64,000 bases of DNA. Source: a bacterium. GTDB taxonomy: Bacteria; Cyanobacteriota; Vampirovibrionia; Gastranaerophilales; JBAXKC01. This document shows positions 28,974-39,903 of this stretch, one piece after another. The DNA is taken from the NCBI GenBank assembly GCA_037137535.1, contig JBAXKC010000001.1, forward strand, positions 128,001 to 192,000, in the 5' to 3' direction. The notes under the pieces are model-generated. The model made no database searches, was not told the origin of the DNA, and was given only the letters and a program-made list of their open reading frames with translations. The translations under genes were made by a program, and so were the position numbers. The first letter of the stretch is position 1, and each line of letters starts with the position of its first letter.

Positions 28974-29858
28974 CTAAATTAATCCTTTTTCTAGCAAAAC
29001 CTTTTTAATAATATCACCAAGGTCAGCAGGATTTCTGCAAACAGTAACACCTGCCGCTTCAAGAGCTTCTATTTTACCTGTAGCTGTTCCCTTTCCACCG
29101 GCAATAATAGCCCCTGCATGTCCCATTCTTTTACCTTCTGGAGCTGTTAAACCTGCTATAAAACTCACAACAGGTTTTGTTATATTCTTTTTAATATACT
29201 CCGCAGCTTCTTCTTCAGCAGAACCACCGATTTCACCGACTAAGCATATAATTTTTGTTTCTGAATCTTTTTCAAATTCTTCTAAACAATCAATAAAACT
29301 AGTGCCTATAATTGGATCTCCACCAATTCCAACGCAAGTAGACTGACCAATACCTAACTGTGTAAGCTGATAAACCGCTTCATAAGTTAAAGTTCCACTC
29401 TTAGAAACAATTCCGACAGGTCCTTTTTGATGAATATGTCCGGGCATAATACCTATTTTACATTCTTCAGGAGAAATCAACCCCGGGCAATTAGGTCCTA
29501 TAAGTCTACAACCTTGCTCTAAAACATATTTTTTTACTTTAATCATGTCTAAAACAGGTATTCCTTCAGTAATACATATAATTAAAGGAATTTTATTAGC
29601 CGCAGCTTCCATAATTGCATCAGCTGCAAACGGAGGCGGTACAAAAATCATTGTGGCATCAACTCTATGATTTTTTAAAACGTCTTCAACTGTGTTATAA
29701 ACAGGAACTCCAAAGATACTCTCTCCGCCTTTACCCGGTGTAACACCTGCAACAAGCTTTGTTCCATACTCCTGACACTTTTCAGCGTGAAAAGAACCTT
29801 CTTTTCCTGTTATACCTTGAACTATTAAGCTTGTATCTTTATTTATAAATATTGTCAT
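28974..29858 (-). CDS. sucD: Succinyl-CoA synthetase alpha subunit
   Basis: [31 protein letters not shown]. Confidence 0.97.
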   Translation of the reverse strand: MTIFINKDTSLIVQGITGKEGSFHAEKCQEYGTKLVAGVTPGKGGESIFGVPVYNTVEDVLKNHRVDATMIFVPPPFAADAIMEAAANKIPLIICITEGIPVLDMIKVKKYVLEQGCRLIGPNCPGLISPEECKIGIMPGHIHQKGPVGIVSKSGTLTYEAVYQLTQLGIGQSTCVGIGGDPIIGTSFIDCLEEFEKDSETKIICLVGEIGGSAEEEAAEYIKKNITKPVVSFIAGLTAPEGKRMGHAGAIIAGGKGTATGKIEALEAAGVTVCRNPADLGDIIKKVLLEKGLI

Positions 29859-29864
29859 TGATTA

Positions 29865-31028
29865 TTAACCCCCTAAATTAGCAGATATAATACTTACAGC
29901 GTCTTTTAAAGTTTCAGCAACCTCAAATTTAAGTCCTGAATCTTTTAAAATCTCTCTGCCTTTTTCAACATTAGTACCTTCAAGCCTAACGATGACAGGG
30001 ATGTCTACCTTCAGAGATGATACCGCATTTTTAATACCCTCTGCAAGGATGTCACATCTTAAAATTCCGCCGAAAATATTAATAAATACCATTTTCACGT
30101 TTTTATCACTTATAAGAAGTTTAAAAGCGTTTTCGATTTTCTGTGCACTTGCTCCGCCGCCAACATCAAGGAAGTTAGCAGGCTCACTACCCGCAAGTTT
30201 AACCGTATCCATCGTTGCCATAGCTAAACCTGCACCGTTGACCATACAGCCAACTTCTCCGTCAAGTTTAACATAGCTTAAATTATATTTAGAAGCTTCA
30301 ACTTCAAGAGGGTCTTCTTCTCTGAAATCTCTCATTGCAACTATTTCAGGAAATCTGAAAAGAGCATTTTCATCAAAATTCACTTTTCCGTCAAGAGCAA
30401 GCATTTTTTCTTCTTTTGTAATTGTAAGAGGGTTGATTTCAACTAAAGTACAATCTTTTTCAAGGAATAAATTATAAACACCCGTTACTATTTTTGAGAA
30501 ATCTTTTTGAACTGATTTAGGCACGTTCAGTTTAAAAATAAGGTTTCTGATGTTATATCCGCTTAATCCGTATCTTGGGTCAATATCTTCTTTTATAATC
30601 GCATCAGGCATAGATTCTGCGATTTCTTCAATATCCATACCGCCTTCATTACTTGCGATAATGGTTATACATTCGCTTGCTCTATCCATAACAACACTTA
30701 AATAAAGCTCTTTATCAATAGCTACAGCTTGTTCTACTAAAACCATATGAACAGTTTTTTCTTCGCCACCGGTTTGAACACTTGAAATCTTCATCCCGAT
30801 AATTTTTGAAGCATATTCTTTTACTTCATCCATATTTTTAGCGACTTTAATACCGCCAGCCTTGCCTCTTGCCCCTGAATGAACCTGAGCTTTAATAACA
30901 CAAGGTGTTCCAATAACTGAATCAGCTACTTCTACTGTTTCTTCAACATTATGAGCCAATTTACTTTCAGGAGTCGGAATGCCGTACTCTCTAAATAATT
31001 GTTTTGCCTGATACTCGTGAATTTTCAT
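29865..31028 (-). CDS. sucC: Succinyl-CoA synthetase beta subunit
   Basis: MKIHEYQAK, KAQVHSGARGKAGG, NGAGLAM, NFLDVGGG, NIFGGILRCD. Confidence 0.97.
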   Translation of the reverse strand: MKIHEYQAKQLFREYGIPTPESKLAHNVEETVEVADSVIGTPCVIKAQVHSGARGKAGGIKVAKNMDEVKEYASKIIGMKISSVQTGGEEKTVHMVLVEQAVAIDKELYLSVVMDRASECITIIASNEGGMDIEEIAESMPDAIIKEDIDPRYGLSGYNIRNLIFKLNVPKSVQKDFSKIVTGVYNLFLEKDCTLVEINPLTITKEEKMLALDGKVNFDENALFRFPEIVAMRDFREEDPLEVEASKYNLSYVKLDGEVGCMVNGAGLAMATMDTVKLAGSEPANFLDVGGGASAQKIENAFKLLISDKNVKMVFINIFGGILRCDILAEGIKNAVSSLKVDIPVIVRLEGTNVEKGREILKDSGLKFEVAETLKDAVSIISANLGG

Positions 31029-31953
31029 CAAACTTTCCTCTTTTACACAAAACGTGAATAAGTGCTTTTATATAGCCATAATTATAGTACAAGCGAATTT
31101 TTTGGTAATGTTTTTCTGTAGAATTTTTCGAGAAAAATCTCTGAAAAATACTTTCAATTAATCGATTAAAATGCAAAATAATTTTAGAAGGAATATCTTT
31201 TAATGAATAAAAGCCTAAAAGATAGTATATATAAGCATCTGACTGACCTTGCGATAAATATCTCTTTTTATAATAATCAAAATTCAACCTTGAAGCAGGC
31301 ATTTTATGATATAAAAACATATTCGGACAATAAGCCAGAGTATAACCCTTGTTCCTAAGCTTATTAGCCAAAAGCACATCTTCATTTTCTGTCAGTTTAG
31401 AATCAATCGACTTTATAATATTGGAAAAGCCGCCAACAGTGTCAAGACAAGATTTTTTTATTGCCATATTACAGCCGTAAGGAACATGTTTAGGATGATT
31501 ATCATATATTATAGGCTCATCCCCATAATCAGAATAGGCAAGAATACCCAACAAACTACCTTCTATCCAATCAGGCTTTTCTGCAAGGAATTTAACATGA
31601 GTTTTACCTCCCACCATATCAGGATTGAGAGGAGAATTATCAAAGAAGTTTAAAATATTTTCAAGATATTGTTCAGGTAAAATGACATCATCGTCAACAA
31701 AAACAAGTATTTTACCTCTAGCTCTGGTATAAGCCTCGTTTCTGGCAACTGAAAGACCCTTTAAATAAAGTTTATAATAATTATAATCAGGATAATTTAT
31801 AACAATTTGTTCTGTTTTATTATCCTCACTCTGATCCGTAATTAAAACTTCATATCTTGAACGTTCTAACGACTGAACTTTAATATTTTCAAACACTTCG
31901 CCTATCATATCGCTACGGTTCATAGTATTTATAATTAATGAGAGTTCAAACAT
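30991..31953 (-). CDS. Glycosyltransferase family 2
   Basis: SLIINTMNR, GLSVARN, FVDDD, GCNMA, ED motif. Confidence 0.9.
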   Translation of the reverse strand: MFELSLIINTMNRSDMIGEVFENIKVQSLERSRYEVLITDQSEDNKTEQIVINYPDYNYYKLYLKGLSVARNEAYTRARGKILVFVDDDVILPEQYLENILNFFDNSPLNPDMVGGKTHVKFLAEKPDWIEGSLLGILAYSDYGDEPIIYDNHPKHVPYGCNMAIKKSCLDTVGGFSNIIKSIDSKLTENEDVLLANKLRNKGYTLAYCPNMFLYHKMPASRLNFDYYKKRYLSQGQSDAYIYYLLGFYSLKDIPSKIILHFNRLIESIFQRFFSKNSTEKHYQKIRLYYNYGYIKALIHVLCKRGKFDENSRVSGKTII

Positions 31954-32059
31954 ATATTCTTAAAAATACCCCTACTGCTTATTTTTAAATTACTATTTAT
32001 ATAGGAAAATTATATAATAATACCTGCAAGTATTCATAATTTATAGGGCTTTGAGCTAA

Positions 32060-33013
32060 ATGGAAAAAATTCTTGAAATAAATAATCTGAACGTAGGCTT
32101 TAATATCGAAGAACAGTTCTTTGAAGCATTGCATGGCGTAACTTTTCACCTTGAAAAAGGTAGGTCATTAGGACTTGTTGGCGAATCAGGCTGTGGTAAA
32201 TCCATTACAGCAAGCTCAATTATGCAATTATTACCCTCTAATGCTCTTGTTAAATCAGGAGAAATACTATATAAAAACGAAAATATCTTGAATTATTCAA
32301 ATAAACAGATGCAACAACTTAGAGGAAGCAAAATTGTATTAATTCCTCAAGACCCTATGACTTCCTTAAATCCGCTTTACACAATAGGAGAGCAGGTTGT
32401 TGAAGCTATAGAATATCATACAGATTTAACTAAAAAAGAAGCTAAACAATTGGCAATAGACACTTTAAAAGCAGTAAAACTACCCGAAGCCGAAAAAAGA
32501 TATAATGACTATCCTCACCAATTTTCAGGAGGAATGAGACAAAGAGTAATAATTGCTATGGCTTTGAGCTGTAAACCCGAGCTTATTATTGCAGATGAAC
32601 CGACAACAGCCCTTGACGTTACTGTACAGGCTCAAATCCTTGATCTTATAAAAGAAATTCAAAAAAATTACGGTACTTCACTTATTTTAATTACACACGA
32701 CTTAGGAGTAGTAGCAGAAACCTGTAACGAAGTCGCTGTTATGTATGCAGGAAGAATTGTTGAATATGCTGATACCATTTCTCTTTTTGAAAATCCAAAG
32801 CATCCTTATACTCAAGGATTAATAGAATCATTACCCGATACAAAAGAAAAAAAGCTTTTGACAATTGAAGGACAACCTCCAAGTATTTATGAAACAATAA
32901 GCGGATGCCCATTTTACCCCAGATGTTCTAAAAAAATGGAAATCTGTACAACCGCATTTCCAAAAACCACTCAAATATCAGAAAGTCATACAGTAAATTG
33001 TTATCTTTACTAA
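32060..33013 (+). CDS. Oligopeptide/dipeptide ABC transporter ATPase (OppD/DppD-like); no partner genes adjacent
   Basis: GESGCGKS, QDPMTSLNP, YPHQFSGGMRQR, HPYT, GCPFYPRC. Confidence 0.93.
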   Translation: MEKILEINNLNVGFNIEEQFFEALHGVTFHLEKGRSLGLVGESGCGKSITASSIMQLLPSNALVKSGEILYKNENILNYSNKQMQQLRGSKIVLIPQDPMTSLNPLYTIGEQVVEAIEYHTDLTKKEAKQLAIDTLKAVKLPEAEKRYNDYPHQFSGGMRQRVIIAMALSCKPELIIADEPTTALDVTVQAQILDLIKEIQKNYGTSLILITHDLGVVAETCNEVAVMYAGRIVEYADTISLFENPKHPYTQGLIESLPDTKEKKLLTIEGQPPSIYETISGCPFYPRCSKKMEICTTAFPKTTQISESHTVNCYLY

Positions 33014-33085
33014 AACTATACATTTTGCTTAATGACTGGTAATATTATTATAAGTATATACGGTTATTAAAGCAGGAGTGGCACC

Positions 33086-34009
33086 TTGGACGAAATTCAA
33101 CCTTATTTGCATTATCTTGAAATTGGCGAACTATATTTAAAAGTTGGCGAATATAACAAAGCAAAAGATAGCTTTGAAAAGCTGACCGAATGTAAAGAAC
33201 TTGAAGCTATGGCACATATTAAACTAGCGTCAGTTCAAGTAATATTAAATCACTATAAAACAGCAAAAGAACATTTTTTACGTGCAATAGAAATTGAAAA
33301 AGAAAACTATGTTGTATTATACAACTATGCAAACTTTCTTATTGACGTTCAAGAATATCCTGAAGCTATTGAAAATTATCAGAAAGCTCTTGAGCTTGAA
33401 CCGAGCTTGGCTCTTGCAAATTACAATATGGGACTTGCCTATACAAGACTTGAAAAATTTGAAGAAGCTATAGACTGTTATAATCTTTCATTAAAAATGA
33501 ATCCTGATGATTTTGACTGTCACTTTGATCTTGGTATTCTTTATTTTGAAACAAAACAACTAAAAAAATCTGTTGTTCATTTTCAAAAAGCTCTTGAATT
33601 AAATCCAGGTTCAAGCAAGTGTTATGAATATATGGCTCAATGTTTTATAGCTACAAATCAAGAGACAATCGCTATGACTCTTTACAAAAAAGCACTTGCC
33701 TTAAGTCCCGAAGATGCTGTTCTTTATTATAAAATAGGCGATTTGTTCTTATCTCAGGACAAAGCAGACGAGGCAATAAAATACTTTGATGAAGCATTAA
33801 GCCTAAATGCTGTTGATGCTCTTCTCATCTACAAAAGAGCCTGCAGCTATGCCAGCCTTGGAAATAATGACGAAGCATTAAAGGAACTTTCTATAGCAGT
33901 TGAATTTAATGAAGTTATTAAAGATCTTGCAATTATGGAAAAGAGTTTCGAGCTCTTAAAAGAAAACCCTAAATTTAAAGAAATTGTTAAAACAACAGAA
34001 AAACAATAG
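33086..34009 (+). CDS. TPR-repeat protein
   Basis: Tandem 34-aa TPR motifs; AGGAG RBS before TTG. Confidence 0.9.
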   Translation: MDEIQPYLHYLEIGELYLKVGEYNKAKDSFEKLTECKELEAMAHIKLASVQVILNHYKTAKEHFLRAIEIEKENYVVLYNYANFLIDVQEYPEAIENYQKALELEPSLALANYNMGLAYTRLEKFEEAIDCYNLSLKMNPDDFDCHFDLGILYFETKQLKKSVVHFQKALELNPGSSKCYEYMAQCFIATNQETIAMTLYKKALALSPEDAVLYYKIGDLFLSQDKADEAIKYFDEALSLNAVDALLIYKRACSYASLGNNDEALKELSIAVEFNEVIKDLAIMEKSFELLKENPKFKEIVKTTEKQ

Positions 34010-34019
34010 TTCTGTTGTA

Positions 34020-34067
34020 TTGACTAGAATAATTATTATGATTATAGTTGTTATTGCAACTATAATC
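34020..34067 (+). promoter_or_regulatory. Sigma70-like promoter overlapped by a palindromic (MarR-type) operator
   Basis: TTGACT-17nt-TATAGT; GATTATAGTTG-N6-CAACTATAATC perfect 11-bp inverted repeat. Confidence 0.75.
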
Positions 34068-34094
34068 TTTTTTTATATTAATAAAGCATCTAAA

Positions 34095-34550
34095 ATGACA
34101 AAAAATAACAAATGTGAACTAAATTTTGAAGAATCCATAGCGTATGTAATTAATAGAACCGCTATTAAACTAAAAACATACCTATTTAAGCAATTCAAAG
34201 ACAGCGGATTTGATATAACTCCCGAGCAACTTGCAGTTTTAATCGGATTATCACAAAAAAACGGGCAATATCAAAAAGAACTTGGCGATAAAATCTTAAA
34301 AGACAAACCTAATATGACAAGGCTTCTTGATATATTAGAAAAAAGAGGTCTTATTACAAGGAAATCAGATAAAACCGACCGCAGAAAATTTAAAATTTTC
34401 ATAACTAAAGAAGGTGAAACAACTTTAGAATTACTCCTTCCAATTACAGTTGAAGCCAGAAACAAAGCTATCAAAGACATTAAAGATGAAGAAATTGAAC
34501 AAGTCATAAAAATATTAAATAAAATAACCTTAAACATTGAAAACGTATAG
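34095..34550 (+). CDS. MarR-family transcriptional regulator
   Basis: ITPEQ..QKELG..DKPNMTRLLDILEKRGLI..DRRK..ITKEG; ATG 34095 preferred. Confidence 0.93.
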   Translation: MTKNNKCELNFEESIAYVINRTAIKLKTYLFKQFKDSGFDITPEQLAVLIGLSQKNGQYQKELGDKILKDKPNMTRLLDILEKRGLITRKSDKTDRRKFKIFITKEGETTLELLLPITVEARNKAIKDIKDEEIEQVIKILNKITLNIENV

Positions 34551-34565
34551 TGAAGAGAACGAATA

Positions 34566-36062
34566 ATGCCTTTTAAAAAAAATCTTTTATTAAGCATAAT
34601 TATAATGAGCTTTGGATTAAATTCTGTTTTTGCGCAGGAGATTAAAAAAACTGAGACTCCAAAAACATCATCAAAAGTCATTACACCATGTAAAACCACT
34701 CAAATAAAAGAGAAAAAGCCAAACTACGCAAAATTATATTCAGAAATAACGCTTAATTTACAAGAAAACAAAATGACTTTAAGTTTGCTTGATAGTCTTA
34801 ATATTGCATTAAAAGAAAATTTTGACATTCAATCAATAACAGCTGAAAAAGATCGCCAAAAGTGGCTTTATCGTCAGCAGTTATCTACTTTTTTACCTGA
34901 CATAACGGCTGATTATACTTACACAAAATTTAATGGAAATATTTTAGTTGAATACGCTTTTTTGCTTAATGAAAAAGGCAACAGCGTAGATATGGGAATA
35001 AATGGAAATTGGGACGTATTTACAGGGTTTAGAAGGCTCTATAATACAAAAGAATTCAAAAACCTTTATAAGTCTGCTATTAAACAAAAAGATAGAACAG
35101 TAAATCAAGTATTATTAGACACTACTACCCAATATTATCGATTATTACAAGCTAAATTCAATATAAAAATATATCAGACAGCTCTTGCAAGTGCTCAGGC
35201 ACAATTAAAAATAAATCAAGAACAGCTTGCAGCAGGAGTAGGGACAAAATTTGACGTTTTAAGAGCCGAAGCGGAAGTAGCTTCCTTTGAACAGCTTTTA
35301 CTTGAAACGCAAAATAATTATAGACTTGCTCAAGCCCAGCTTTCTCAAACAATTGGAATTAATGTATTTACATTAGTTGAACCATTAGATGAAGAAATAC
35401 AACAGAAAGATTTATTTAAAGACACCTTAAACCTTAATAAACTTGTTGAAATAGCCCTTTACAACCAACCTGATATATTTATAGCTCAATATGACCTTAA
35501 TGCGACAAAATCCCGAAGAAACTCCGCTTATTCAGCTTATTTACCAACTATAAGCCTTAGAGAAAGAGGAGCCGAAGTCGGAGAAGATCATTCACACTTA
35601 GGACACAACAGAACAAGACAAATTGTTGCAACATGGACAGGTGGAACAGGTCTTGGACTATATTCCTTCAGTGAAATAAAAGCATTAAATGAAGAAGTTA
35701 AAAAATCTCAAATAAATAAAATTATCGTAGCAAGAGATGTTCAACAAAAGGTTTTAGCTGCATACAATCGAGTTATAACAACAAAAGAAGTAGTTGTGGC
35801 CGCACAAAAAGAAGTTCAATCAGCTGATGAAAGTTTAAGGCTGTCACTTGTCAGGCTAAAAGCAGGAGTTGGCATATACGTTGATGTATTAAATGCTCAA
35901 GACACACAAAATAGAGCTATGGTAAAATACTTAAATGCACTAAGCGACTATAATATTTTTCAGGCACAATTGCTTTACGAAACAGGGCTTATCTCTGAAA
36001 GCAATCTGATTGACGGTGTTACTCCAGCAAAATTACCAACTAAAGAACCGAAGAAAAAATGA
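34566..36062 (+). CDS. TolC-family outer membrane efflux protein
   Basis: Signal peptide; AGVGTKFDVLRA and AGVGIYVDVLNAQ repeats. Confidence 0.9.
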   Translation: MPFKKNLLLSIIIMSFGLNSVFAQEIKKTETPKTSSKVITPCKTTQIKEKKPNYAKLYSEITLNLQENKMTLSLLDSLNIALKENFDIQSITAEKDRQKWLYRQQLSTFLPDITADYTYTKFNGNILVEYAFLLNEKGNSVDMGINGNWDVFTGFRRLYNTKEFKNLYKSAIKQKDRTVNQVLLDTTTQYYRLLQAKFNIKIYQTALASAQAQLKINQEQLAAGVGTKFDVLRAEAEVASFEQLLLETQNNYRLAQAQLSQTIGINVFTLVEPLDEEIQQKDLFKDTLNLNKLVEIALYNQPDIFIAQYDLNATKSRRNSAYSAYLPTISLRERGAEVGEDHSHLGHNRTRQIVATWTGGTGLGLYSFSEIKALNEEVKKSQINKIIVARDVQQKVLAAYNRVITTKEVVVAAQKEVQSADESLRLSLVRLKAGVGIYVDVLNAQDTQNRAMVKYLNALSDYNIFQAQLLYETGLISESNLIDGVTPAKLPTKEPKKK

Positions 36063-36898
36063 AACAAAAACCTAAAAAAATAAGAATAGATGCTTTACTT
36101 GTAGAACGTGGTCTTTTTGAAACAAAAACTCAAGCTCAAAAAGCAATCTCTGACGGTAAAGTTAAGATAAACGGAATGATCTGTGAAAAAGCAGGAGCGC
36201 AATTTCTTGAAAATGTTCATTTAGAAATTGAAGCGGAAAAACTCCCTTATGTAAGTCGTGGAGGACTTAAACTCGAAAGAGCAATAAACGAATTCGGCCT
36301 AGACTTAAAAGATAAAATTTGTATTGATGCAGGAGCATCAACAGGCGGTTTTACTGACTGTATGCTTCAAAATGGAGCAAAAATAGTCTATGCCGTTGAT
36401 GTTGGCTACGGACAAATTGCATGGAGTCTAAGAACAAATCCACAAGTAGTCGTTATTGAAAAAACAAACATCCGAAATGCTGAATTTGAGCAGATATATA
36501 AAAAAACAAGTCCAACAGATACTGAAAATATGGCAAATTTTTGCTCTATGGATCTTTCCTTTATTTCCATAACCAAAGTATTAGAAAATATTAAAAAATT
36601 GATGAGACCTGAAAATATACAAATTCTTGCCTTAATTAAACCTCAATTTGAAGCAGGGAAAGAAGAAGTTCCTAAAACAGGTGTAATTAAAGATAAATCC
36701 GTACATGTTAAAGTAATTAAAAATATAATTGAGTTTGCTTGCAATTTAGAATTATATCCAGTAAATTTAACTTATTCACCTATTAAAGGCCCTGCCGGAA
36801 ATATCGAATATCTTATTTATTTAAAAGATACAAAAACTGATAATTTTCATGCTGATAGTGTAGAAAAGGTTGTAAATAGCGCAAATGACCTCTTATAA
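36059..36898 (+). CDS. tlyA: TlyA-family rRNA 2'-O-methyltransferase
   Basis: S4 domain, YVSRGGLKL, DAGASTGGFTD, DVGYGQ, LIKPQFE. Confidence 0.95.
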   Translation: MKQKPKKIRIDALLVERGLFETKTQAQKAISDGKVKINGMICEKAGAQFLENVHLEIEAEKLPYVSRGGLKLERAINEFGLDLKDKICIDAGASTGGFTDCMLQNGAKIVYAVDVGYGQIAWSLRTNPQVVVIEKTNIRNAEFEQIYKKTSPTDTENMANFCSMDLSFISITKVLENIKKLMRPENIQILALIKPQFEAGKEEVPKTGVIKDKSVHVKVIKNIIEFACNLELYPVNLTYSPIKGPAGNIEYLIYLKDTKTDNFHADSVEKVVNSANDLL

Positions 36899-37772
36899 AG
36901 TTCACCCTTCAAGCGGAAAAACTTTTGATATAAATAACATAGGTATTATCTATAATATCGAACATAAAGGTGTTGAAAAAGTTGTTGAAAAGCTTGAAAA
37001 TGCACTTGAAAAATATTGCTTTAACTTTGTAAAAAAACATATTTCGCCCACTCAACAAAAAGAAATAGAAGCCTTTAAATTAAAAGTAGACCTTGTAATA
37101 GTTGTAGGCGGCGACGGAACTTTTCTTGCCGCTGCGAGATATTTTTCAAAATATAACATTCCCCTTCTTGGAATAAATACAGGGCGATTAGGCTTTCTTG
37201 CACAAATTCAAACACATGAAATAGAAGATGGAATAGAAAAAATACTTAAGGGTAAGTTTACCGTTGAAGAAAGACTTATGCTACAAGCTAAAAGCGAACA
37301 AGGACAAAGCTATTCTGCTTTAAATGACATTGTAATAAGGGGAAGCTCTATTACAAGGACAGCTAAACTTTTCATGTATATCAATGAGAAACATGTTTGT
37401 GATTATGTGGCAGATGGATTAATAATCTCAACCCCAACAGGCTCAACAGCTTATACTCTTTCAGCTGGAGGTCCTGTGCTTCATCCAAATCTGAATGCAT
37501 TTGTAATAGTTCCAATATGTCCGCATGCCCTTACTGCAAGACCTCTTGTCGTTCCTGCAAGCGAAAAAGTAAGAATAGAGCTTAAAAGCACAAATGAAGA
37601 TTTTTTATTAACTGCGGACGGACAAAAAAATATAACAATAAAAGGCAGCGAAAATATATTCATTGAAAAATATAATCATAATGCAAAACTTATCTCCATA
37701 GAAAACAATAACTTTTATTATATTTTAAGAAATAAACTTCATTGGGGAGTATCACCTGCGGGAAATTTCTAA
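36885..37772 (+). CDS. nadK: NAD(+) kinase
   Basis: GGDGT, GRLGFL, ADGLIISTPTGSTAYTLSAGGP. Confidence 0.95.
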   Translation: MTSYKVHPSSGKTFDINNIGIIYNIEHKGVEKVVEKLENALEKYCFNFVKKHISPTQQKEIEAFKLKVDLVIVVGGDGTFLAAARYFSKYNIPLLGINTGRLGFLAQIQTHEIEDGIEKILKGKFTVEERLMLQAKSEQGQSYSALNDIVIRGSSITRTAKLFMYINEKHVCDYVADGLIISTPTGSTAYTLSAGGPVLHPNLNAFVIVPICPHALTARPLVVPASEKVRIELKSTNEDFLLTADGQKNITIKGSENIFIEKYNHNAKLISIENNNFYYILRNKLHWGVSPAGNF

Positions 37773-37838
37773 TAAGATTGCAAAAAGCTAAAAATAAGTT
37801 ATATTGTTAAATAGAGGTAAAACTCAGGAGAAAATAAT

Positions 37839-38171
37839 ATGACTAATAATTTGAATATATGCGTTTTATGCGGACAAAATTTAAAAAATGTAACCGATGA
37901 GGACAAACTAGAATTTAAAGACACAACAGTTTTATATTCATGTCCAACCTGTAAATTAATTTATGATGATTCAATTCATGCCTATTATAAAAATGGAAAT
38001 TCTATTGAAGCAAAGAACTTACAAGCAATAAGAACCTTTTTCAAAGAAGAAATGGATGACAATATTAAAGTCTTAACAATAGATAATATGGATAAAATTA
38101 TAAGCGAGGTAAAATACAGAATGGGTGAATTTAATATTTTCAACAACACTCCAAAAGAGATATATGAATAA
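37839..38171 (+). CDS. Hypothetical protein with a CxxC..CxxC zinc ribbon
   Basis: CVLC and CPTC; AGGAG RBS. Confidence 0.7.
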   Translation: MTNNLNICVLCGQNLKNVTDEDKLEFKDTTVLYSCPTCKLIYDDSIHAYYKNGNSIEAKNLQAIRTFFKEEMDDNIKVLTIDNMDKIISEVKYRMGEFNIFNNTPKEIYE

Positions 38172-38256
38172 TTAAATTGTGTATAATTTTAGACTATGGG
38201 ATAATCTCTTATAAAAATCCGTATATAAATTTCAAGAAGGTCTAAAATCAATACTT

Positions 38257-39210
38257 ATGAGTAATTTTCTAGTTATAAATCTATCATATTTTGGTGATGT
38301 TCTATTAACAAACGCTCTATGTCAGAATATAAAACTGGAATATCCTGAATCTAAAGTTATTTTTGCAGTAGATAAACCATTTTATGAAGCTGCAAAATAT
38401 ATGAAAGATGTTGACGATGTTCTGGCTTTTGATAAAAGAGGAGAACATAAAGGATTATTAGGCCTTTTAAAGTTTGTGACTAATTGTAAATATAAATTCA
38501 AAATAGACACCGCTTTCATAATGTACGGAAATGACAGGGGAATTTTGTTGTCCTTTTTTCTTGGTGTAAAAAAAAGAATCAGCGCTACTCCAAAGATAAC
38601 AAGACGATTATTGACGCATCAGGATCTTGATTTTGAAAACTATCACCAGACCCAAGATACAAACGCAAGTTTTCTTAAAACTCTTACAAATAAATCAATT
38701 ACTCCATTACCAATAAAATATCTTCCAGCAAAAGAAGCAATATCTTTTGCTGAAAATTTATTTTCAGAATTTGGAATAACCACAGATGACGAAGTTATAG
38801 GAATTTGTGCAACAAGCAAACGAATAGAAAAAGATATTCCTGTTAAAGATTGCGTTGACTTAATTAATCATTTAACAAAAAACAATAAAAAAGTACTTTT
38901 CACCGGAGCTGGAAAGCGTTCCGTCGACTATATAACTCAGATTCAAGAATTAGGTTGCAATAATTTTATTGATTTAGTAAATAAAACAACAATTTCTCAA
39001 TTAGCAAGCGTAATTAAAAAGTGTGATAAGTTTATTAGCGTAGATACAGGAACAATGCACCTCACATGTGCTATTGAAACGCCATTATTAGCCTTATTTT
39101 ATGACCCTTCTTGCATAGAAAGATGGGCGCCAAAAGAATTTTACAATCATAAGTTGCTAAAAGAGAATATAACTGTTGAAAATATTTTAGAAACTTTAGC
39201 TGAAATATAG
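38257..39210 (+). CDS. Glycosyltransferase family 9 (heptosyltransferase-like)
   Basis: FGDVLL, DLVNKTTI, DTGTMHL. Confidence 0.9.
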   Translation: MSNFLVINLSYFGDVLLTNALCQNIKLEYPESKVIFAVDKPFYEAAKYMKDVDDVLAFDKRGEHKGLLGLLKFVTNCKYKFKIDTAFIMYGNDRGILLSFFLGVKKRISATPKITRRLLTHQDLDFENYHQTQDTNASFLKTLTNKSITPLPIKYLPAKEAISFAENLFSEFGITTDDEVIGICATSKRIEKDIPVKDCVDLINHLTKNNKKVLFTGAGKRSVDYITQIQELGCNNFIDLVNKTTISQLASVIKKCDKFISVDTGTMHLTCAIETPLLALFYDPSCIERWAPKEFYNHKLLKENITVENILETLAEI

Positions 39211-39212
39211 TT

Positions 39213-39860
39213 TTAAAGCTCATCATCAGGGAGCAAAATCTTGCCTTCTGCTACAGCTTCATTAAAAATCTCTTTCATTTTAGCTGAAATATGTCGACCT
39301 GCAAGACAATGCATATAAAATGGGGGAGGATTCTCATTTAATAATTTACAGAATTCCTCTTTAATTTTTTTTCTTTCTTCAGGATTTTCCAAGCGATCCC
39401 AACCTTCTGTAGACCAAAGAGGTAAACATTTAAAAGTTATTTGATTTAAAGGATTCTTTTTATTATAGTTATTAATTAAATCTACTTCAGAACTTATATA
39501 TTCTTCATTCTCAGGAGCCACAAAACTAATTATTGTATTAACTCCTTTATTCACAATATAACGAAATTCATTAGAGTTCTCAAGGCAACTGCCTTTATAC
39601 AAAAAATCAGAATGCACTTTTTCAAAGGCCTCTGGCTCTTGAATTCCGCTCGCTGTAAAACTTGTATTAATATTTTTAGAATTTATTAAAAAAAAAGCTG
39701 AACTATTATTTGAAGGAAACAAAGTCTTATCTTTATAACTACTTTTTAAACCCTGATTTTCATCTATATTATTTACAGTCGCATTCATTTTATTATTAGT
39801 TTTATTATTTTTTGTCATTACTGAAAAATTATAATTTTTAATATTTAACATGATTAACAT
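39213..39860 (-). CDS. Tyrosine/dual-specificity phosphatase-like protein with degenerate P-loop
   Basis: FLYKGS..GVNTIISF..PFYMHCLAGRHIS; lacks the CX5R arginine. Confidence 0.7.
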   Translation of the reverse strand: MLIMLNIKNYNFSVMTKNNKTNNKMNATVNNIDENQGLKSSYKDKTLFPSNNSSAFFLINSKNINTSFTASGIQEPEAFEKVHSDFLYKGSCLENSNEFRYIVNKGVNTIISFVAPENEEYISSEVDLINNYNKKNPLNQITFKCLPLWSTEGWDRLENPEERKKIKEEFCKLLNENPPPFYMHCLAGRHISAKMKEIFNEAVAEGKILLPDDEL

Positions 39861-39903
39861 CCTCCCAGTTGATTAAAACATATAAATCAAAGAAATTGCT
39901 TTT

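Noticed and set aside
33984-34094. Hydrophobic N-terminal extension on MarR in the ORF track
   Set aside because: Overlaps the upstream gene and the promoter/operator palindrome; ATG 34095 gives a normal-length MarR
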